DNA of 64,000 nt from an uncultured Polaromonas sp. (GCA_964488145.1 CAZATV010000001.1:10128-74127), one strand, 5' to 3'. Shown: positions 19,711 to 31,346, numbered from the stretch's first letter. The notes: a model not told the origin generated them from the sequence alone. Program-made: numbers and translations.

Positions 19711-21016
19711 AGGCGCGGCCACGAACATCCTGCAGCCAGGCACGCAAGGCCTCATCAGCCTTACGCTCGCGCACTTCACGCCGAGCGAGTTCGCGTTTTT
19801 CCTTCTCGGTCAGCGGTACCTCCCGCCGCTCCAGCACCTGAATCAGATGCACGCCGAATCGAGACACAAGCGGATCGGAAATCTCGCCAATTTCGAGGTC
19901 ATCCATCACTTGCTCGAATTCAGGAACAAACATGCCGGGCGAGGCCCAGCCCAGATCACCCCCGTTACGGGCCGAGCCATCCTCGCTGAACTCGCGCGCC
20001 AGCTGGGCAAAATCATCGAGCTGGGACTGGATGCGCCGCTTGAAGTCGGCCAGACGTGCCCGCGCCGCAGCCTCGGTCAGTCGAACGCTGGGGCGCAGAA
20101 GAATATGCCGCGCACGTGTCTGCTGCACCTGACTCAGTTCATCTGCCGGCGTTCTGCGTTCAAGCACCTTGAGTAAATGAAAGCCTGCGCCACTTCGTAC
20201 CGGGTCAGTCACCTGACCAACCGCTAACGATTGCACCGCCTCAACAAATAGCGGTGGATAACGATCCGGGCTGCGCATCCCCAGCTGCCCTCCGTTGACC
20301 TTGTCGGGGGCGTCCGAGGCCTGCCGCGCCAGCTGCTGGAAATCGGCTCCCTCCATCAACTGGCGACGCAACTGCTCAGCCCGTATTCGCAGCTGCCGCT
20401 CCTGTTCAGGCGTGCTGCTTTCGGGAACCGCGACCAAAATCTGAGCCAGGTGAATCTGTGTCGGTTCGGCCTTTGCTGCAGCAGACTGACGCTCGACCAA
20501 GTGTCGGTCCACCTCCTGCTCGCTCACCCGCACCCGTGACTCCACCTCCCGATCTCGCAGCCGGCTGATCAGAATCTCGTCGCGAAGGTCGCGCCGGTAG
20601 CGCTCATACCCAAGGCCCTCGGTGGCCAACTGACGGCGCAACTGTTCGACGGTCATCTGATTTTGACGAGCCACATCGGCCACCGCTTGATCCACTAGAG
20701 CATCATCGACCCGTATACCTGAGTCCAGGGCCAATTGGACCTGCGCCCTCTCGGAGATCAGCCCCTCCAGGGCCCGGCTGGAGAGGTCGGCGGTGGATGT
20801 ACCCGGCCCGACACGGCCGGCCAAACGCTGCATTCGCGCACGCACATCCTGATTGGTGATCGGCTCGGCATTGACCACGGCTACGATGTAATCGAGGGCC
20901 CGGGGCGAAGCGGCAGCATCACGCCCAGTTTGTGCCGCAGCAAGCGAAACCCAGGACAGGGCAAGCGAGCCAAGAATGGCCACCAGAACCGGGCGCCAAG
21001 ATGAGGAATCAGTCAT
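19682..21016 (-). CDS. surA: Periplasmic chaperone/PPIase SurA
   Basis: DYIVAVVN, two parvulin domains ([19 protein letters not shown]); downstream of lptD. Confidence 0.93.
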   Translation of the reverse strand: MTDSSSWRPVLVAILGSLALSWVSLAAAQTGRDAAASPRALDYIVAVVNAEPITNQDVRARMQRLAGRVGPGTSTADLSSRALEGLISERAQVQLALDSGIRVDDALVDQAVADVARQNQMTVEQLRRQLATEGLGYERYRRDLRDEILISRLRDREVESRVRVSEQEVDRHLVERQSAAAKAEPTQIHLAQILVAVPESSTPEQERQLRIRAEQLRRQLMEGADFQQLARQASDAPDKVNGGQLGMRSPDRYPPLFVEAVQSLAVGQVTDPVRSGAGFHLLKVLERRTPADELSQVQQTRARHILLRPSVRLTEAAARARLADFKRRIQSQLDDFAQLAREFSEDGSARNGGDLGWASPGMFVPEFEQVMDDLEIGEISDPLVSRFGVHLIQVLERREVPLTEKEKRELARREVRERKADEALRAWLQDVRGRAYVEYREPPQ

Positions 21017-23393
21017 AGTTGGAGTAACGGCTGGGCAAGTTCACCTGATCTCGCAAAAGTTGATAGCGTGGGATATTGTTCTTCAGAACCCCGAGCGGAT
21101 TGTTGCCGATGCGGGAGAAGCCGATGAATTCCAGCTGCAGCATGATCTGGGTGTTGGCCCGGGACAGCCCGCTGAAGGTGCGTTGCAAGACCGCTCGCCC
21201 AATCCAGCAGCAGGCATCGTATTCGATTCCGATCACCGCATCGACCAATCGCCTGTCGGTAGCGCTGTAATTGAGACGCCCCACGCTGTAGTACCGGTTG
21301 CCCCCTTGCCCCCGGCCGGGGCCCAAATTCTGGCCGCGGTCGCCCCAAAGGTCATTGATCGGCCATTGCCAGCCCACGTCGAATTGCTGACTGCCGGTGT
21401 CACCAGTGGTCACCGGCTTTTGCAAACGATAGGCCGCGTTGATTAAGCGGTAAGGGGTGGGGGTGTAACGACCGGCCAATGTCAGACGCTGAGATTGATT
21501 GAGCTTGGGGTTGTACTGAGTGATGGCCGCCAACGACCACCGGTCCGAGGGGCTGACCGAAGCGCCTACCAACACATCGCTAAGACGCTCGGCCACTACC
21601 GCAGCGGGCGCGCCACTGAGTGTCACCCGCTGATCGGCCAGCCGAATGCGTTGCGCCAGGCTCAGTCGCATCGCCTCGGCGCCGGTCTGTGGCGAAAGAA
21701 GGCGGGAAGTCAAGCCCAGCGTGAGCAAGTTGGCATCGGCGATGCGGTCGCTACCGACAAACTGGTTTTCAGTGAAGACCGTCGCAAAGGTAAAGCTGTT
21801 TTCGGCGCTGTCGTAATTGGGCAAGCGGCTCTGATCACGATAGGGGGTGTAAACGTAAAAGGCCCTGGGCTCCAACGTTTGCAGATAGTCACTGCCCGCC
21901 CACTGGATTGCCCGCTCAAAGATCAGGCCCGAATCTAGGCTAAAGGTCGGGACTTGGCGACTGGCCGAGTTGGCGCCGCGCCAAACTTCCTCAAAACTGT
22001 AGTGGGTCGCATGCAGCTGCAGACGCGGTGTCACATAGCCGGCGGGCCAGACCCAGGGGCTGGCCAACTGAAAGCGGGCAAACAGACGATCGGCGTTGGT
22101 CTGGCCGGTCAGCCGCCGCAGCGCCGTAAACCGGGTGAAGTCGGTTTCGACAGACGCCTCGAGCGGCACTGGGCCGGCAGCCAGGCCGCGGCTGTGACGC
22201 AAGGTCAGCTGCGGCAGCCGGTCGAACGGGGGGGCGATCGGAGACAAAGGATCCTGCAGGGTTTGCCACTGCAATGCACGAAAGCTAAACTGGACCGGCC
22301 CCCTGGATCCGCTCAGATTGAAATCCATCGGCAGAAGGCGCTGGGTCAGGGCCTGGCTCTGGCGCGGAAAGTCGCGCCAGTAGGCATCATCACCCACGCG
22401 CTGGGCATTGAGGCTATAGGCCATCGGGCCAAAACCAGCACCGGGCGCCAGCCATCGCCCCGTATGCTGCAAAGATGCGGCCCACCGATCTTCTTTATTG
22501 AGCCGGTCATTGGGCAGGATATGGGTGCGCACCACCCCCTGGTCTGTGGCCTCCAAATAGCGAACTTCGAGTCCCAGATCGAGTCCTCGCTTGCTCATCA
22601 GGGTCGGCGTAAGGGTGGCATCGCGATTCGGCGCTATGTCCAGGTAGTACGGGGTGGTCACGGTGATCCCCGAGGTGGAGTCAACGACAAAAGTCGGCGG
22701 TAACAGGCCGGACTTGCGCTTGTCGCTGAGGGGAAAGCTTACTGACGCGGGCCAGGCGAGGAGGGTGACATCCTGAAACTGCAAGCGAGGCTGGTGCGCC
22801 CGACCGACCTCGGCCTCAAAATCAAAATCAAAACGCTCCGCCACAATTTGCCAGGCGGGCTTCCAGCTCTCCTCGTTATCACGCTCACAAGTGGTGTAAC
22901 TGGCCACCGCTGCGCTCATGCGCTGGTCCCCATAAAAGTCGAAGCGCTCGGCCTGACCGTTAGCGCCCGAAAGAAAACGATAGCGCGGATTGAGAAAGTA
23001 GCCCTCGAAGCTGTCTATTCGTAATTTCAGACCTAGTCCATCGAAAACATGCCCCGATCGACTGACCCGCACCGGCTCGGTGGCGGTGACGGTCTGGGTC
23101 GCATCTTCCAAGTCCAGGCGCTCGGCACGAACCACCGACTGCCCGCGGCGCACCACCGCATTGCCCTCAACCAGGGTCCGGACATCCGTCTGCCCCGTGA
23201 TACGGTCGCCAGACACATAGGCTGGCGCCATTCGCTCACTTTCGGCCGTGGGCTTTTCAATCAGCATCGAAGAGGAGCGCAGTTTGAGCCCCCAGGGGCT
23301 ATCGGCCTGCTGCGCGGCGGAGGGCGCCCCCCAACCAAGCGCCAGGCCCGCGCCAGCCGCAAGAAAAAACCGAGAGCCGCAAGCCAAGCGCAT
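21009..23393 (-). CDS. lptD: LPS assembly protein LptD
   Basis: YTTC, RKSGLL.P, PYYLDIAPNRDATL, QTLEPRAFY, EYDACCW, QLEFIG; lptD-surA synteny. Confidence 0.94.
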   Translation of the reverse strand: MRLACGSRFFLAAGAGLALGWGAPSAAQQADSPWGLKLRSSSMLIEKPTAESERMAPAYVSGDRITGQTDVRTLVEGNAVVRRGQSVVRAERLDLEDATQTVTATEPVRVSRSGHVFDGLGLKLRIDSFEGYFLNPRYRFLSGANGQAERFDFYGDQRMSAAVASYTTCERDNEESWKPAWQIVAERFDFDFEAEVGRAHQPRLQFQDVTLLAWPASVSFPLSDKRKSGLLPPTFVVDSTSGITVTTPYYLDIAPNRDATLTPTLMSKRGLDLGLEVRYLEATDQGVVRTHILPNDRLNKEDRWAASLQHTGRWLAPGAGFGPMAYSLNAQRVGDDAYWRDFPRQSQALTQRLLPMDFNLSGSRGPVQFSFRALQWQTLQDPLSPIAPPFDRLPQLTLRHSRGLAAGPVPLEASVETDFTRFTALRRLTGQTNADRLFARFQLASPWVWPAGYVTPRLQLHATHYSFEEVWRGANSASRQVPTFSLDSGLIFERAIQWAGSDYLQTLEPRAFYVYTPYRDQSRLPNYDSAENSFTFATVFTENQFVGSDRIADANLLTLGLTSRLLSPQTGAEAMRLSLAQRIRLADQRVTLSGAPAAVVAERLSDVLVGASVSPSDRWSLAAITQYNPKLNQSQRLTLAGRYTPTPYRLINAAYRLQKPVTTGDTGSQQFDVGWQWPINDLWGDRGQNLGPGRGQGGNRYYSVGRLNYSATDRRLVDAVIGIEYDACCWIGRAVLQRTFSGLSRANTQIMLQLEFIGFSRIGNNPLGVLKNNIPRYQLLRDQVNLPSRYSNYD

Positions 23394-23449
23394 CGTGAAT
23401 GAGGGGAAAATCCGGCCGTCCTTATAGACAGCGCTTCACACAATTATCC

Positions 23450-24583
23450 ATGAGCCATTCCGTCGAAAAGCCCACCGGGCAGGGATCTGAAATCCGGCAG
23501 ACCTCCTCCGGGGTGCCCTGGGCTGATCCGCAGCGTCAGCGTAGCTTTGAAGACTGGTTGCGCACGTTAAGTCCTGCGCACGGCCTTGTGCCCGCTAGCC
23601 TGCGCACCGCATCAGCCGACGCAAGCTTTAGGCGATATCTACGGGTGGACCGGCACGCCGGAGGCAGTCTGGTGATCATGGATGCGCCGCCGGAAAAGGA
23701 AGATTGCCAGCCCTTCGTGCAGGTAGCCCGCCTGATGCAACAAGCAGGCCTGCGGGTGCCCGAGATCCTTGCTTGGGACCAGCGCCATGGCTTTTTGCTG
23801 CTGAGTGATCTGGGCACCCAAACCATGATGCAGACGCTGCAGGCCCAAGCGGTTTCTTCCTCGCCCATCCGCGGACAGCCTGCCCACGACCTGTATCTGG
23901 CGGCCATCGAGGCGCTGATTCGCTGGCAATGCGCCTCCCGGCCCGAGACCCTGCCGCCCTACGACGATGCACTGCTGACGCGCGAGCTGCAGCTTTTTCC
24001 ACAGTGGTATGTGCGTCAGCATCGCGGGGTGGTGCTGCAAGCTGCGCAAGAGCAAACGCTGGGGGAGGCGTTCGAGCTGATCAAACGACACAACCTGCAG
24101 GCGCAGGCAGGGGCGCGGGTTTACGTGCATCGCGACTACATGCCACGCAACCTGATGGCCGATGCGGCGAGCCCCGGAGCTGCTCTGGGCATTTTGGATT
24201 TTCAGGACGCGGTCTATGGACCCATCAGCTATGACATTGCCAGCCTGATGCGCGATGCCTTCATCAGCTGGGATGAGGAATTCGTGATCGACATCACGGT
24301 GCGCTACTGGCAGCAGGCCCGACAAGCCGGCCTTCCCCTCAGCGATGATTTCGGCGAGTTTTATGAAGCTGTCGAATGGATGGGCTTGCAGCGCCACCTC
24401 AAGATTCTGGGAATCTTCGCCCGACTGACGTTGCGCGACGGCAAGCCTCAGTACCTGGCCGATACGCCGCGATTCATCGCCTATGTGCGGCAAACCGCCT
24501 CGCGCTATCGACCGCTGGCACCGCTGTTGCGGCTGATCGAGCAGATTGAAGGCGGCAGCGTTCGTGCCGGTTACACCTTTTGA
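23450..24583 (+). CDS. amgK: Anomeric MurNAc/GlcNAc kinase (APH-family phosphotransferase)
   Basis: ASADASFRRY, MDAPPEKE, HRDYMPRNLM, LDFQDA, QRHLKILGIFARL; divergent from lptD. Confidence 0.88.
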   Translation: MSHSVEKPTGQGSEIRQTSSGVPWADPQRQRSFEDWLRTLSPAHGLVPASLRTASADASFRRYLRVDRHAGGSLVIMDAPPEKEDCQPFVQVARLMQQAGLRVPEILAWDQRHGFLLLSDLGTQTMMQTLQAQAVSSSPIRGQPAHDLYLAAIEALIRWQCASRPETLPPYDDALLTRELQLFPQWYVRQHRGVVLQAAQEQTLGEAFELIKRHNLQAQAGARVYVHRDYMPRNLMADAASPGAALGILDFQDAVYGPISYDIASLMRDAFISWDEEFVIDITVRYWQQARQAGLPLSDDFGEFYEAVEWMGLQRHLKILGIFARLTLRDGKPQYLADTPRFIAYVRQTASRYRPLAPLLRLIEQIEGGSVRAGYTF

Positions 24584-24585
24584 GC

Positions 24586-25317
24586 ATGCCACGCTTTTTT
24601 GTCGACGAGACACTGGCCCGCGGAGAGAGTCTGCGCCTGCCCGCCGGTGCGAGCCGGCATATTCAGGTCTTGCGACTGCAGCCCGGGGAAGAGGTGACGC
24701 TATTCAATGGCACTGGGGGGCAATGGCGAGCGCGCATCGAGCGCATCGAACGCACGAGCGTGAGCGTTCAACTTTTGGCCTTTGATCCGGTCGAACGTGA
24801 ACCGGGGCGACGGGTGCATTTGGCAGTGGGCACACCGGCCAATGAGCGCATGGACTGGCTGATCGAGAAGGCCACCGAACTGGGCGTGGCCAGTATTCAA
24901 GCGCTGCAGACGGCACGCAGCGTGGTGCGATTGAAGGGCGATCGGGCCGAAAAAAAACGCCAGCACTGGCAAGCGGTGTCCCTTTCGGCGTGCGAGCAAT
25001 GTGGGGGCAACCGTCCCCCGAAGATTGAGGCCTTGCGCGAATTGACCGATTGGCTGCTCGCCCAGCACGTTCACCCGAACCGCTACATTCTGTCCCTACA
25101 GAACGATGCCAGGCCGCTGCCGCATCTCCTCGCGTCGTGCAACCCAAAATCCGATCTGCTGCTGCTCAGCGGTCCTGAAGGAGGCCTCTCGACAGAAGAA
25201 GAGGCGGCCGCACGCGCCAAGGGCTTCCTACCGGCGAGCCTCGGACCTCGAGTGTTGCGCGCTGAAACAGCTGCCCTGACAGGACTGAGCCTGGCCCTGC
25301 AGCTCAATTCGCGCTGA
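24586..25317 (+). CDS. rsmE: 16S rRNA m3U1498 methyltransferase
   Basis: HIQVLRL, EKATELGV, ACEQCG, GPEGGL, SLGPRVLRAETA. Confidence 0.95.
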   Translation: MPRFFVDETLARGESLRLPAGASRHIQVLRLQPGEEVTLFNGTGGQWRARIERIERTSVSVQLLAFDPVEREPGRRVHLAVGTPANERMDWLIEKATELGVASIQALQTARSVVRLKGDRAEKKRQHWQAVSLSACEQCGGNRPPKIEALRELTDWLLAQHVHPNRYILSLQNDARPLPHLLASCNPKSDLLLLSGPEGGLSTEEEAAARAKGFLPASLGPRVLRAETAALTGLSLALQLNSR

Positions 25318-25395
25318 GTCGCTCTAAAAAAGCCGGCCGAGCCAGTCACGACCGCTACAAGCGGCGCTTGCCGACGGCTGTATAAACGGGCTCCT

Positions 25396-26571
25396 ATGAA
25401 TGCAAATCTGTGGCTGCTGGTGGCCTGCCAAGGCTTGTTCTTCACGAATAACGTCACCTTCATCGCCATCAACGGCCTGGTCGGACTGAGCCTGGCGCCC
25501 TTGGGCTGGATGGCCACCTTGCCCGTGATGGGCTACGTGGTCGGAGGTGCGCTCTCGACGGGGCTGGTCGCCCGGACCCAGAGGCAGTACGGGCGCAAGA
25601 CTTCGTTCCAGATCGGGATGGCGGTGGGCGTGCTGTCCTCGCTGCTTTGCGCCTGGGCCACCTATCTGGGCAACTTCTGGCTTTTGGTGGCGGCCACTGT
25701 GGTGGCCGGCTACTACAACGCCAATGCACAGCTCTACCGTTTTGCAGCCGCGGAGCTGGCCGAGCCTTCTGCGCGCGAGAAAGCCGTCTCCCTGGTGATG
25801 GCCGGCGGCCTGATCGGTGCGATTGCCGGGCCGAATCTGGCGGCGGCCACGCGGTCCATGACCGCTGTGCCCTTTGCGGGCGCCTATCTGTCTCTGGCCG
25901 CAGTGGCGCTGCTCGGTGTACTGCTATTGAGCTTCATCCACTTTCCTCCACCCGCCGTGAAGTCCGATGCTGGGGGCGGCCGCCCCCTGTCGGAAATTGC
26001 GCGGCAGCCCAGCTTTATCGTAGCGGCGCTGGCCGGGGCGCTCGGCTACGGTGTCATGAACCTGCTGATGGCCGCCACCCCACTGGCCATGCAGACCTGT
26101 GGTCTGCCTTTTTCCGATGCGGCACTGGTCCTGCAGTGGCATGTGATCGGCATGTTTGCCCCGGGCTTTTTCACCGGCCATCTGATCAAGCGCTTCGGGA
26201 CCCTGCAGATCATGGGCGTTGGGCTGCTACTCAACCTAGCCTGTGTGCTTGTTGCGGTAGCCGGGGTTGAGCTGCACCATTTTGAAATCGCGCTTTTCCT
26301 GCTGGGCGTAGGATGGAATTTCCTGTTCACGGCCAGCACCTCACTGTCGCTGAGCACCTACCGGCCGGAAGAGCGGGACAAGGCTCAAGGGGCGCTGAAC
26401 TTTTGTGTCTTTGCGGTGATGGCGGTTTCCTCCTTCGCCTCGGGTGTTCTGGTGACCTCCCAAGGCTGGACTTGGCTCAACCTGGGCTCGCTGCTGCCCC
26501 TGGCACTGACCGGTGCCGGCCTGCTGTGGCTGGTGCTCAAGCAGCGCGCCCAGCCAGCACAAGCTGCCTGA
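25396..26571 (+). CDS. MFS transporter
   Basis: About 12 hydrophobic segments; YRFAAAE, MAATPLAM, QWHVIGMFAPGFFTG, GVGWNF. Confidence 0.9.
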   Translation: MNANLWLLVACQGLFFTNNVTFIAINGLVGLSLAPLGWMATLPVMGYVVGGALSTGLVARTQRQYGRKTSFQIGMAVGVLSSLLCAWATYLGNFWLLVAATVVAGYYNANAQLYRFAAAELAEPSAREKAVSLVMAGGLIGAIAGPNLAAATRSMTAVPFAGAYLSLAAVALLGVLLLSFIHFPPPAVKSDAGGGRPLSEIARQPSFIVAALAGALGYGVMNLLMAATPLAMQTCGLPFSDAALVLQWHVIGMFAPGFFTGHLIKRFGTLQIMGVGLLLNLACVLVAVAGVELHHFEIALFLLGVGWNFLFTASTSLSLSTYRPEERDKAQGALNFCVFAVMAVSSFASGVLVTSQGWTWLNLGSLLPLALTGAGLLWLVLKQRAQPAQAA

Positions 26572-26602
26572 GTAAAACGAACTGACAGCGTGCGCAGGAC
26601 CC

Positions 26603-28084
26603 TCAGGGCATGCGCGCAATCACATGGGCCACCGCCGCCGTCAGCTTCTTGGCATAGGGCACATGAAGGAACTCATTGGGGCCATGCGCATTGCTGCGCG
26701 GACCCAGCACGCCACACACCATCATTTGCGCTTTTGGAAAGCCGCGGCTGAGCATATTCATCAGGGGGATCGTGCCCCCCTGACCGATGGTGGCACAGCC
26801 GGCACCAAAGCAGGCTTGCGAGGCATCCTGCAAAGCACGGGCAAACCAGTCGGCGGTATGCGGCGCATTCCAACCGGAGGCGCCGCCCGCTCCCTCAAAC
26901 GTCACCTTGGCCTGATAGGGTGCGTTATCCTCCAACAGGGCCTTGAGATCCTGTACGGCTTGCGATGCATCCACCAGGGGGGGCAGGCGCAGGGAGAGCT
27001 TGAAAGCGGTGTGGGGCCGCAGCACATTGCCGGCATCGCCGATGGCCGGCAGGCCCTCGGCGCCGGTCACACTCAAAGTGGGACGCCAGGTCCGGTTGAG
27101 CAAAGCTTCCACCGGATCGGAGGTGGTCGGCAGGGTGAACAGAGTGGAGCCGCCGCAGTCATGATGGGCCCATGGAAAGCGGCGGAACAACGCATCGCCC
27201 AGAATCCGCGCTGTTTCACGGGCCTGCGCCAGGCGCTCTGCCGGAACCTCGCAGTGAAACTGGGCGGGCAGAAGACGGCCCGTCGCGCTGTCTTCCAAAC
27301 GATCGAGCAACTGGCGCATGATGCGAAAGCTCGATGGCACAACGCCACTGGCATCTCCAGAATGCACCCCCTCAGTCAGCACCTCGACGCGCAGGGTGCC
27401 GGTGATGTTGCCGCGAAGGCTGGTGGTTAGCCAGAGCTGGTCATAGTTGCCTGCCCCGGAGTCCAGACACACCACCAACTCGACAGGGCCCATGCGAGAT
27501 TGCAGAACCTCAACATAAGGCAGCAGGTCTGGCGATCCACTTTCTTCGCTGGTTTCGATCAGCCCGACGATGCGCGGATGTTCAATGTTTTGGCTTTTCA
27601 AGGCTGCGATGGCGGCCAGGCTGGCATAGAGGGCATAGCCATCGTCTGCGCCGCCTCGACCATACAAGCGACCTTCCTCATACCGCGGCGTCCATGGGCC
27701 CAAATCACTGCGCCAACCTTCAAATTCGGGCTGTTTGTCCAGATGCCCATACATCAGCACGGTGGGGCTGTCGGTAGAGCTTTGGCCCGGGGCCAATGGT
27801 CGGGTACCAGCCAGCTCGAAAAAAATCACCGGCGTACGGCCTGGCAGGCGCACCACTTCCAAAGTCAAGCCCGGGATTTTTTGCGCCAGCACCCAATCGG
27901 CCGCCTGACGAACCACCGTCTCAATGAAGCCGTGCTGGGCCCAAAGCGGATCAAACAAAGGCGACTTGGCGGGAACCGAAATGTATTGGTTCAGCTGCGG
28001 GAGGATGTCGCGATCCCATTGATCCGCAATCTGGGACAAGGCTTGGGCATCATCGAGCACAGCGGCCGGTAGACGGGCATTCAT
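26603..28084 (-). CDS. M20 family metallopeptidase (CNDP/Dug1-like)
   Basis: YGHLDKQP, LYGRGGADDG, EESGS, VHSG, GGTIP, NAHGPNE. Confidence 0.9.
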   Translation of the reverse strand: MNARLPAAVLDDAQALSQIADQWDRDILPQLNQYISVPAKSPLFDPLWAQHGFIETVVRQAADWVLAQKIPGLTLEVVRLPGRTPVIFFELAGTRPLAPGQSSTDSPTVLMYGHLDKQPEFEGWRSDLGPWTPRYEEGRLYGRGGADDGYALYASLAAIAALKSQNIEHPRIVGLIETSEESGSPDLLPYVEVLQSRMGPVELVVCLDSGAGNYDQLWLTTSLRGNITGTLRVEVLTEGVHSGDASGVVPSSFRIMRQLLDRLEDSATGRLLPAQFHCEVPAERLAQARETARILGDALFRRFPWAHHDCGGSTLFTLPTTSDPVEALLNRTWRPTLSVTGAEGLPAIGDAGNVLRPHTAFKLSLRLPPLVDASQAVQDLKALLEDNAPYQAKVTFEGAGGASGWNAPHTADWFARALQDASQACFGAGCATIGQGGTIPLMNMLSRGFPKAQMMVCGVLGPRSNAHGPNEFLHVPYAKKLTAAVAHVIARMP

Positions 28085-28221
28085 TGAAACCTCCCTGGAA
28101 ATCGGGTGCAGTGGACCTTCGGATTAGGCGGCCAAAGGACGGCCGCAGCCAGACCTTCATGGCCACAGCCAACCCCCGAGGCGTCGCCTATCGACGTTGA
28201 AGTCTAGCGTGCACTGCGGTC

Positions 28222-29583
28222 TCAGCCGCGCAAACCGGAAACCAGCAGCCCCAGCACAGCGCCAGCAGCCAGCAGCTGCACCACCGTCCAGCGCCAACGC
28301 AGCAGGGCCCACAGACTGGCGGCAACCATCAACAGGGCGGTGACATCCATCATGCCCCCAGACGGCGCCCCAGCTACCGCCCCGAGGAAGGTCCAGGCCA
28401 GATGCGCCATCACGCCAATGACCACACAGTAAACCGCTTGCAAGGGCAGGGTCCAGCTCGGCCGCCCCCGCGCCGCTTCCACCCAGGGGCCGCCGGCCAA
28501 AATGAAAATGAAGGACGGCAGGAAGGTAAACCAGCAGGCCACCAGGGCAGCCAGCGCCGCACCGGCCGGCAAGGCTTGCGGGCCCAGCACCTGGTGCGTC
28601 CAGCCGCCCACATAAGCCACGAAGGCCACCACCATGATCAGGGGGCCGGGGGTGCTCTCGCCTAGGGCCAGTCCGTCCATCATCTGCGCTGTGGTGAGCC
28701 AATGGTATTGATCCACCGCCGCTTGCTGCACATAAGGCAGGACTGCATAGGCGCCGCCGAATGTCAGCAAGGCCGCCCGGGTAAAAAACGCCCCCATCTG
28801 GGTCAGCGTGCCCTGCCAGCCCCAAAGGCCGACCAGCACGGCCATAGGAAAGCCCCACAAAAGCAGCCCGACCGTCAGCACCACCAGCAGTCGACCGCGG
28901 TGCGGCCGGGTGTGCGGCGGTGCCGGTGTATCCACATCCAGCAGGGCCCTGCGCCCGCTGCTCAAGGGGCGAGTCGTCTGAGCTTCAGGCCCGCTCAGGG
29001 CCTGCGGTGCACGACGAGCCAGAAACAGACCGAGAAGGACCGCACCTGAAATCAGCCAGACGAAGGACAGGTTAAGCAGCGCCAACCCAAAAAATCCCGT
29101 CAGGGCCAGAGCCCAGGGCCAAGGCCGCTGCCGTGGATCCATCAGGCTGCGCTGCGCCAAGCGATAAACGGCCTGCAGGACGATCGCAGCCACCGCCGGC
29201 TTGATCCCGTAGAGAAGCGCGCCGACGACAGGCTGCTCGCCGTGAGCCATGTACAAATAGCTCAAGCCGATCAAAAGCAGCAGGGAGGGCAGGATGAACA
29301 GCAGGCCCGCAACCACGCCCCCCAAGGTGCGGTGCATCAACCAACCCAAATAGGTGGCGAGCTGCTGCGCCTCCGGCCCGGGCAGCATCATGCAGTAGTT
29401 CAGCGCATGGGCAAACCGCTCCTGGCTGATCCAGCCACGCTGCTCCACCAGCTCGCGCTGCATGATCGCGATCTGACCGGCGGGGCCCCCAAAACTGATA
29501 AAGCCCAGCCGCAACCAAAAGGCAAAGGCTTGCCTTCTGGGCACCGCACCCACCGGTGATGGCGGTGGCGCCTCCTGGCTCAT
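28222..29583 (-). CDS. chrA: Chromate ion transporter (CHR family, long form)
   Basis: SFGGPAGQIA, LPGPEAQQLA, LTFGGAYAVLP, ESTPGP, FTFLPSF; ATGA overlap with metW. Confidence 0.92.
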   Translation of the reverse strand: MSQEAPPPSPVGAVPRRQAFAFWLRLGFISFGGPAGQIAIMQRELVEQRGWISQERFAHALNYCMMLPGPEAQQLATYLGWLMHRTLGGVVAGLLFILPSLLLLIGLSYLYMAHGEQPVVGALLYGIKPAVAAIVLQAVYRLAQRSLMDPRQRPWPWALALTGFFGLALLNLSFVWLISGAVLLGLFLARRAPQALSGPEAQTTRPLSSGRRALLDVDTPAPPHTRPHRGRLLVVLTVGLLLWGFPMAVLVGLWGWQGTLTQMGAFFTRAALLTFGGAYAVLPYVQQAAVDQYHWLTTAQMMDGLALGESTPGPLIMVVAFVAYVGGWTHQVLGPQALPAGAALAALVACWFTFLPSFIFILAGGPWVEAARGRPSWTLPLQAVYCVVIGVMAHLAWTFLGAVAGAPSGGMMDVTALLMVAASLWALLRWRWTVVQLLAAGAVLGLLVSGLRG

Positions 29584-30173
29584 TGGCGCTGCAGCTTGAA
29601 CACAGCGCGGCTGGCCCGCGCGTTGGGCCACCAGCGCACTGGACGCCCGTCCTGCAAGCCAAACGCATCGAGAATTCGCAACTGATTCCTCAGCGCCAAG
29701 GCTCTGAAATCGCGCAGGGTACCCACCCGAATGTTGGGCGTGTCGTACCACTGGTAAGGCAAGACCTTGGTCACCGGCATGCGGCCACGCAGGACCGCCA
29801 GGCGGTTGGGCCAGTGCGCAAAGTTTGGGAAGGCCACGATGGCGGTGCGGCCCACCCGGGCGGTCTCTCGCAGCATCACCTCGGTATTGCGCAGATGTTG
29901 CAAGGTATCGATCTGCAGCACCACATCGAAAGAGCTGTCAGCAAACAGCGCCAACCCCTCTTCCAGATTGAGCTGGATGACATTGACGCCGCGGGCCACA
30001 CAGGCCTGCACATTGGCATCATCGAGCTCTACACCATACCCGGTGCAGCCGCGCTCTCGCATGAGGTAGGCCAGCAATTCGCCGGTGCCGCAACCGAGGT
30101 CCAGCACCCGCGATCCCGGCGGCACCAGGGCTGCCAGGGTTTGCAGATCGGCCATGGCGCTCAAGTCCTTCAC
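29580..30173 (-). CDS. metW: Methionine biosynthesis protein MetW
   Basis: [31 protein letters not shown]; GTGA overlap with metX. Confidence 0.93.
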   Translation of the reverse strand: MKDLSAMADLQTLAALVPPGSRVLDLGCGTGELLAYLMRERGCTGYGVELDDANVQACVARGVNVIQLNLEEGLALFADSSFDVVLQIDTLQHLRNTEVMLRETARVGRTAIVAFPNFAHWPNRLAVLRGRMPVTKVLPYQWYDTPNIRVGTLRDFRALALRNQLRILDAFGLQDGRPVRWWPNARASRAVFKLQRQ

Positions 30174-31324
30174 AACTGGACCTGCTCAAAATAGGTTCGT
30201 ACCACGGACAGATAGCGGGGGTCGTCCAACAAAAAAGCATCGTGGCCATGTGGGGCATCAATCTCCGCATAACTGACGTCGCGCTGGTTATCGAGCAGGG
30301 CCTTGACCAACTCTCGACTGCGCCGTGGCGAGAAACGCCAGTCGGTGGTAAAACTCACCAGCAGAAATCGGGCGCGGGCACGCGCAAAAGCTTGGGTCAA
30401 GTCACCCGCAAATTCACGGGCTGGATCAAAATAGTCCAAAGCACGGGTAATCAATAAATACGTATTGGCGTCAAAGTACTCGGCAAACTTGTCGCCCTGA
30501 TACCGCAGATAGCTCTCGATCTCAAATTCGACCTCCTGGGTGGTAAAGCGGTACTGGCCGTCGGCCACGGCTTGATCGAGACGGGCGCGAAGCTGCCGGC
30601 CAAATTTCTCGTTCATCACATCATCACTGAGATAAGTGATGTGCCCGATCATGCGCGCAATGCGCAAACCGCGCTTGGGCACCACGCCGTGGCGATAGAA
30701 GTGGCCTCCGTGAAAATCCGGGTCGGTCACGATGGCGCGGCGGGCCACCTCGTTGAACGCAATGTTCTCGGCGGTCAGATTGGGGGCGCTGGCGACCACC
30801 ACCGCATGGCGCACACGCTCGGGGTATTGCAGGGTCCAACTGAGCGCTTGCATGCCGCCCAGGCTGCCGCCGATGACCGCGGCCAGCTGCTCGATGCCCA
30901 TCGCATCAAGCAAGCGCGCCTGCGCCCGGACCCAATCTTCAACGGTCAGAACCGGGAAGTCGGCGCCATAGATCTCGCCGGTGTCGGGGTGGCGATGCAT
31001 CGGGCCGGTGGAGCCAAAACAGGAGCCCAGGTTGTTAACGCCGATAACGAAGAAGCGGTTGGTATCTAAAGGCTTACCCGGACCAATCAGGGTATCCCAC
31101 CAACCTTCGGAGCGGGGCTTGATCTGGCCTTGCTCATCCAGGTAAACACCGGCCACATGGTGCGAAGCATTGAGGGCATGACAGACCAGGACCGCATTGC
31201 TTCGGGTGTCGTTGAGTTGGCCATAGGTCTCGTAGCTCAAGTCGTAATCGCGCAAGCACGCGCCGCTGGCCAATGCCAGGGCGGGCACAAAATGCATCGA
31301 CTGCGGTGTAGCAACAAGAGTCAC
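30170..31324 (-). CDS. metX: Homoserine O-acyltransferase
   Basis: [41 protein letters not shown]; GTG start at 31324 (TTG 31330 alternative). Confidence 0.95.
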   Translation of the reverse strand: MTLVATPQSMHFVPALALASGACLRDYDLSYETYGQLNDTRSNAVLVCHALNASHHVAGVYLDEQGQIKPRSEGWWDTLIGPGKPLDTNRFFVIGVNNLGSCFGSTGPMHRHPDTGEIYGADFPVLTVEDWVRAQARLLDAMGIEQLAAVIGGSLGGMQALSWTLQYPERVRHAVVVASAPNLTAENIAFNEVARRAIVTDPDFHGGHFYRHGVVPKRGLRIARMIGHITYLSDDVMNEKFGRQLRARLDQAVADGQYRFTTQEVEFEIESYLRYQGDKFAEYFDANTYLLITRALDYFDPAREFAGDLTQAFARARARFLLVSFTTDWRFSPRRSRELVKALLDNQRDVSYAEIDAPHGHDAFLLDDPRYLSVVRTYFEQVQL

Positions 31325-31346
31325 GAACAAGGGCCCGACAAAGGGT

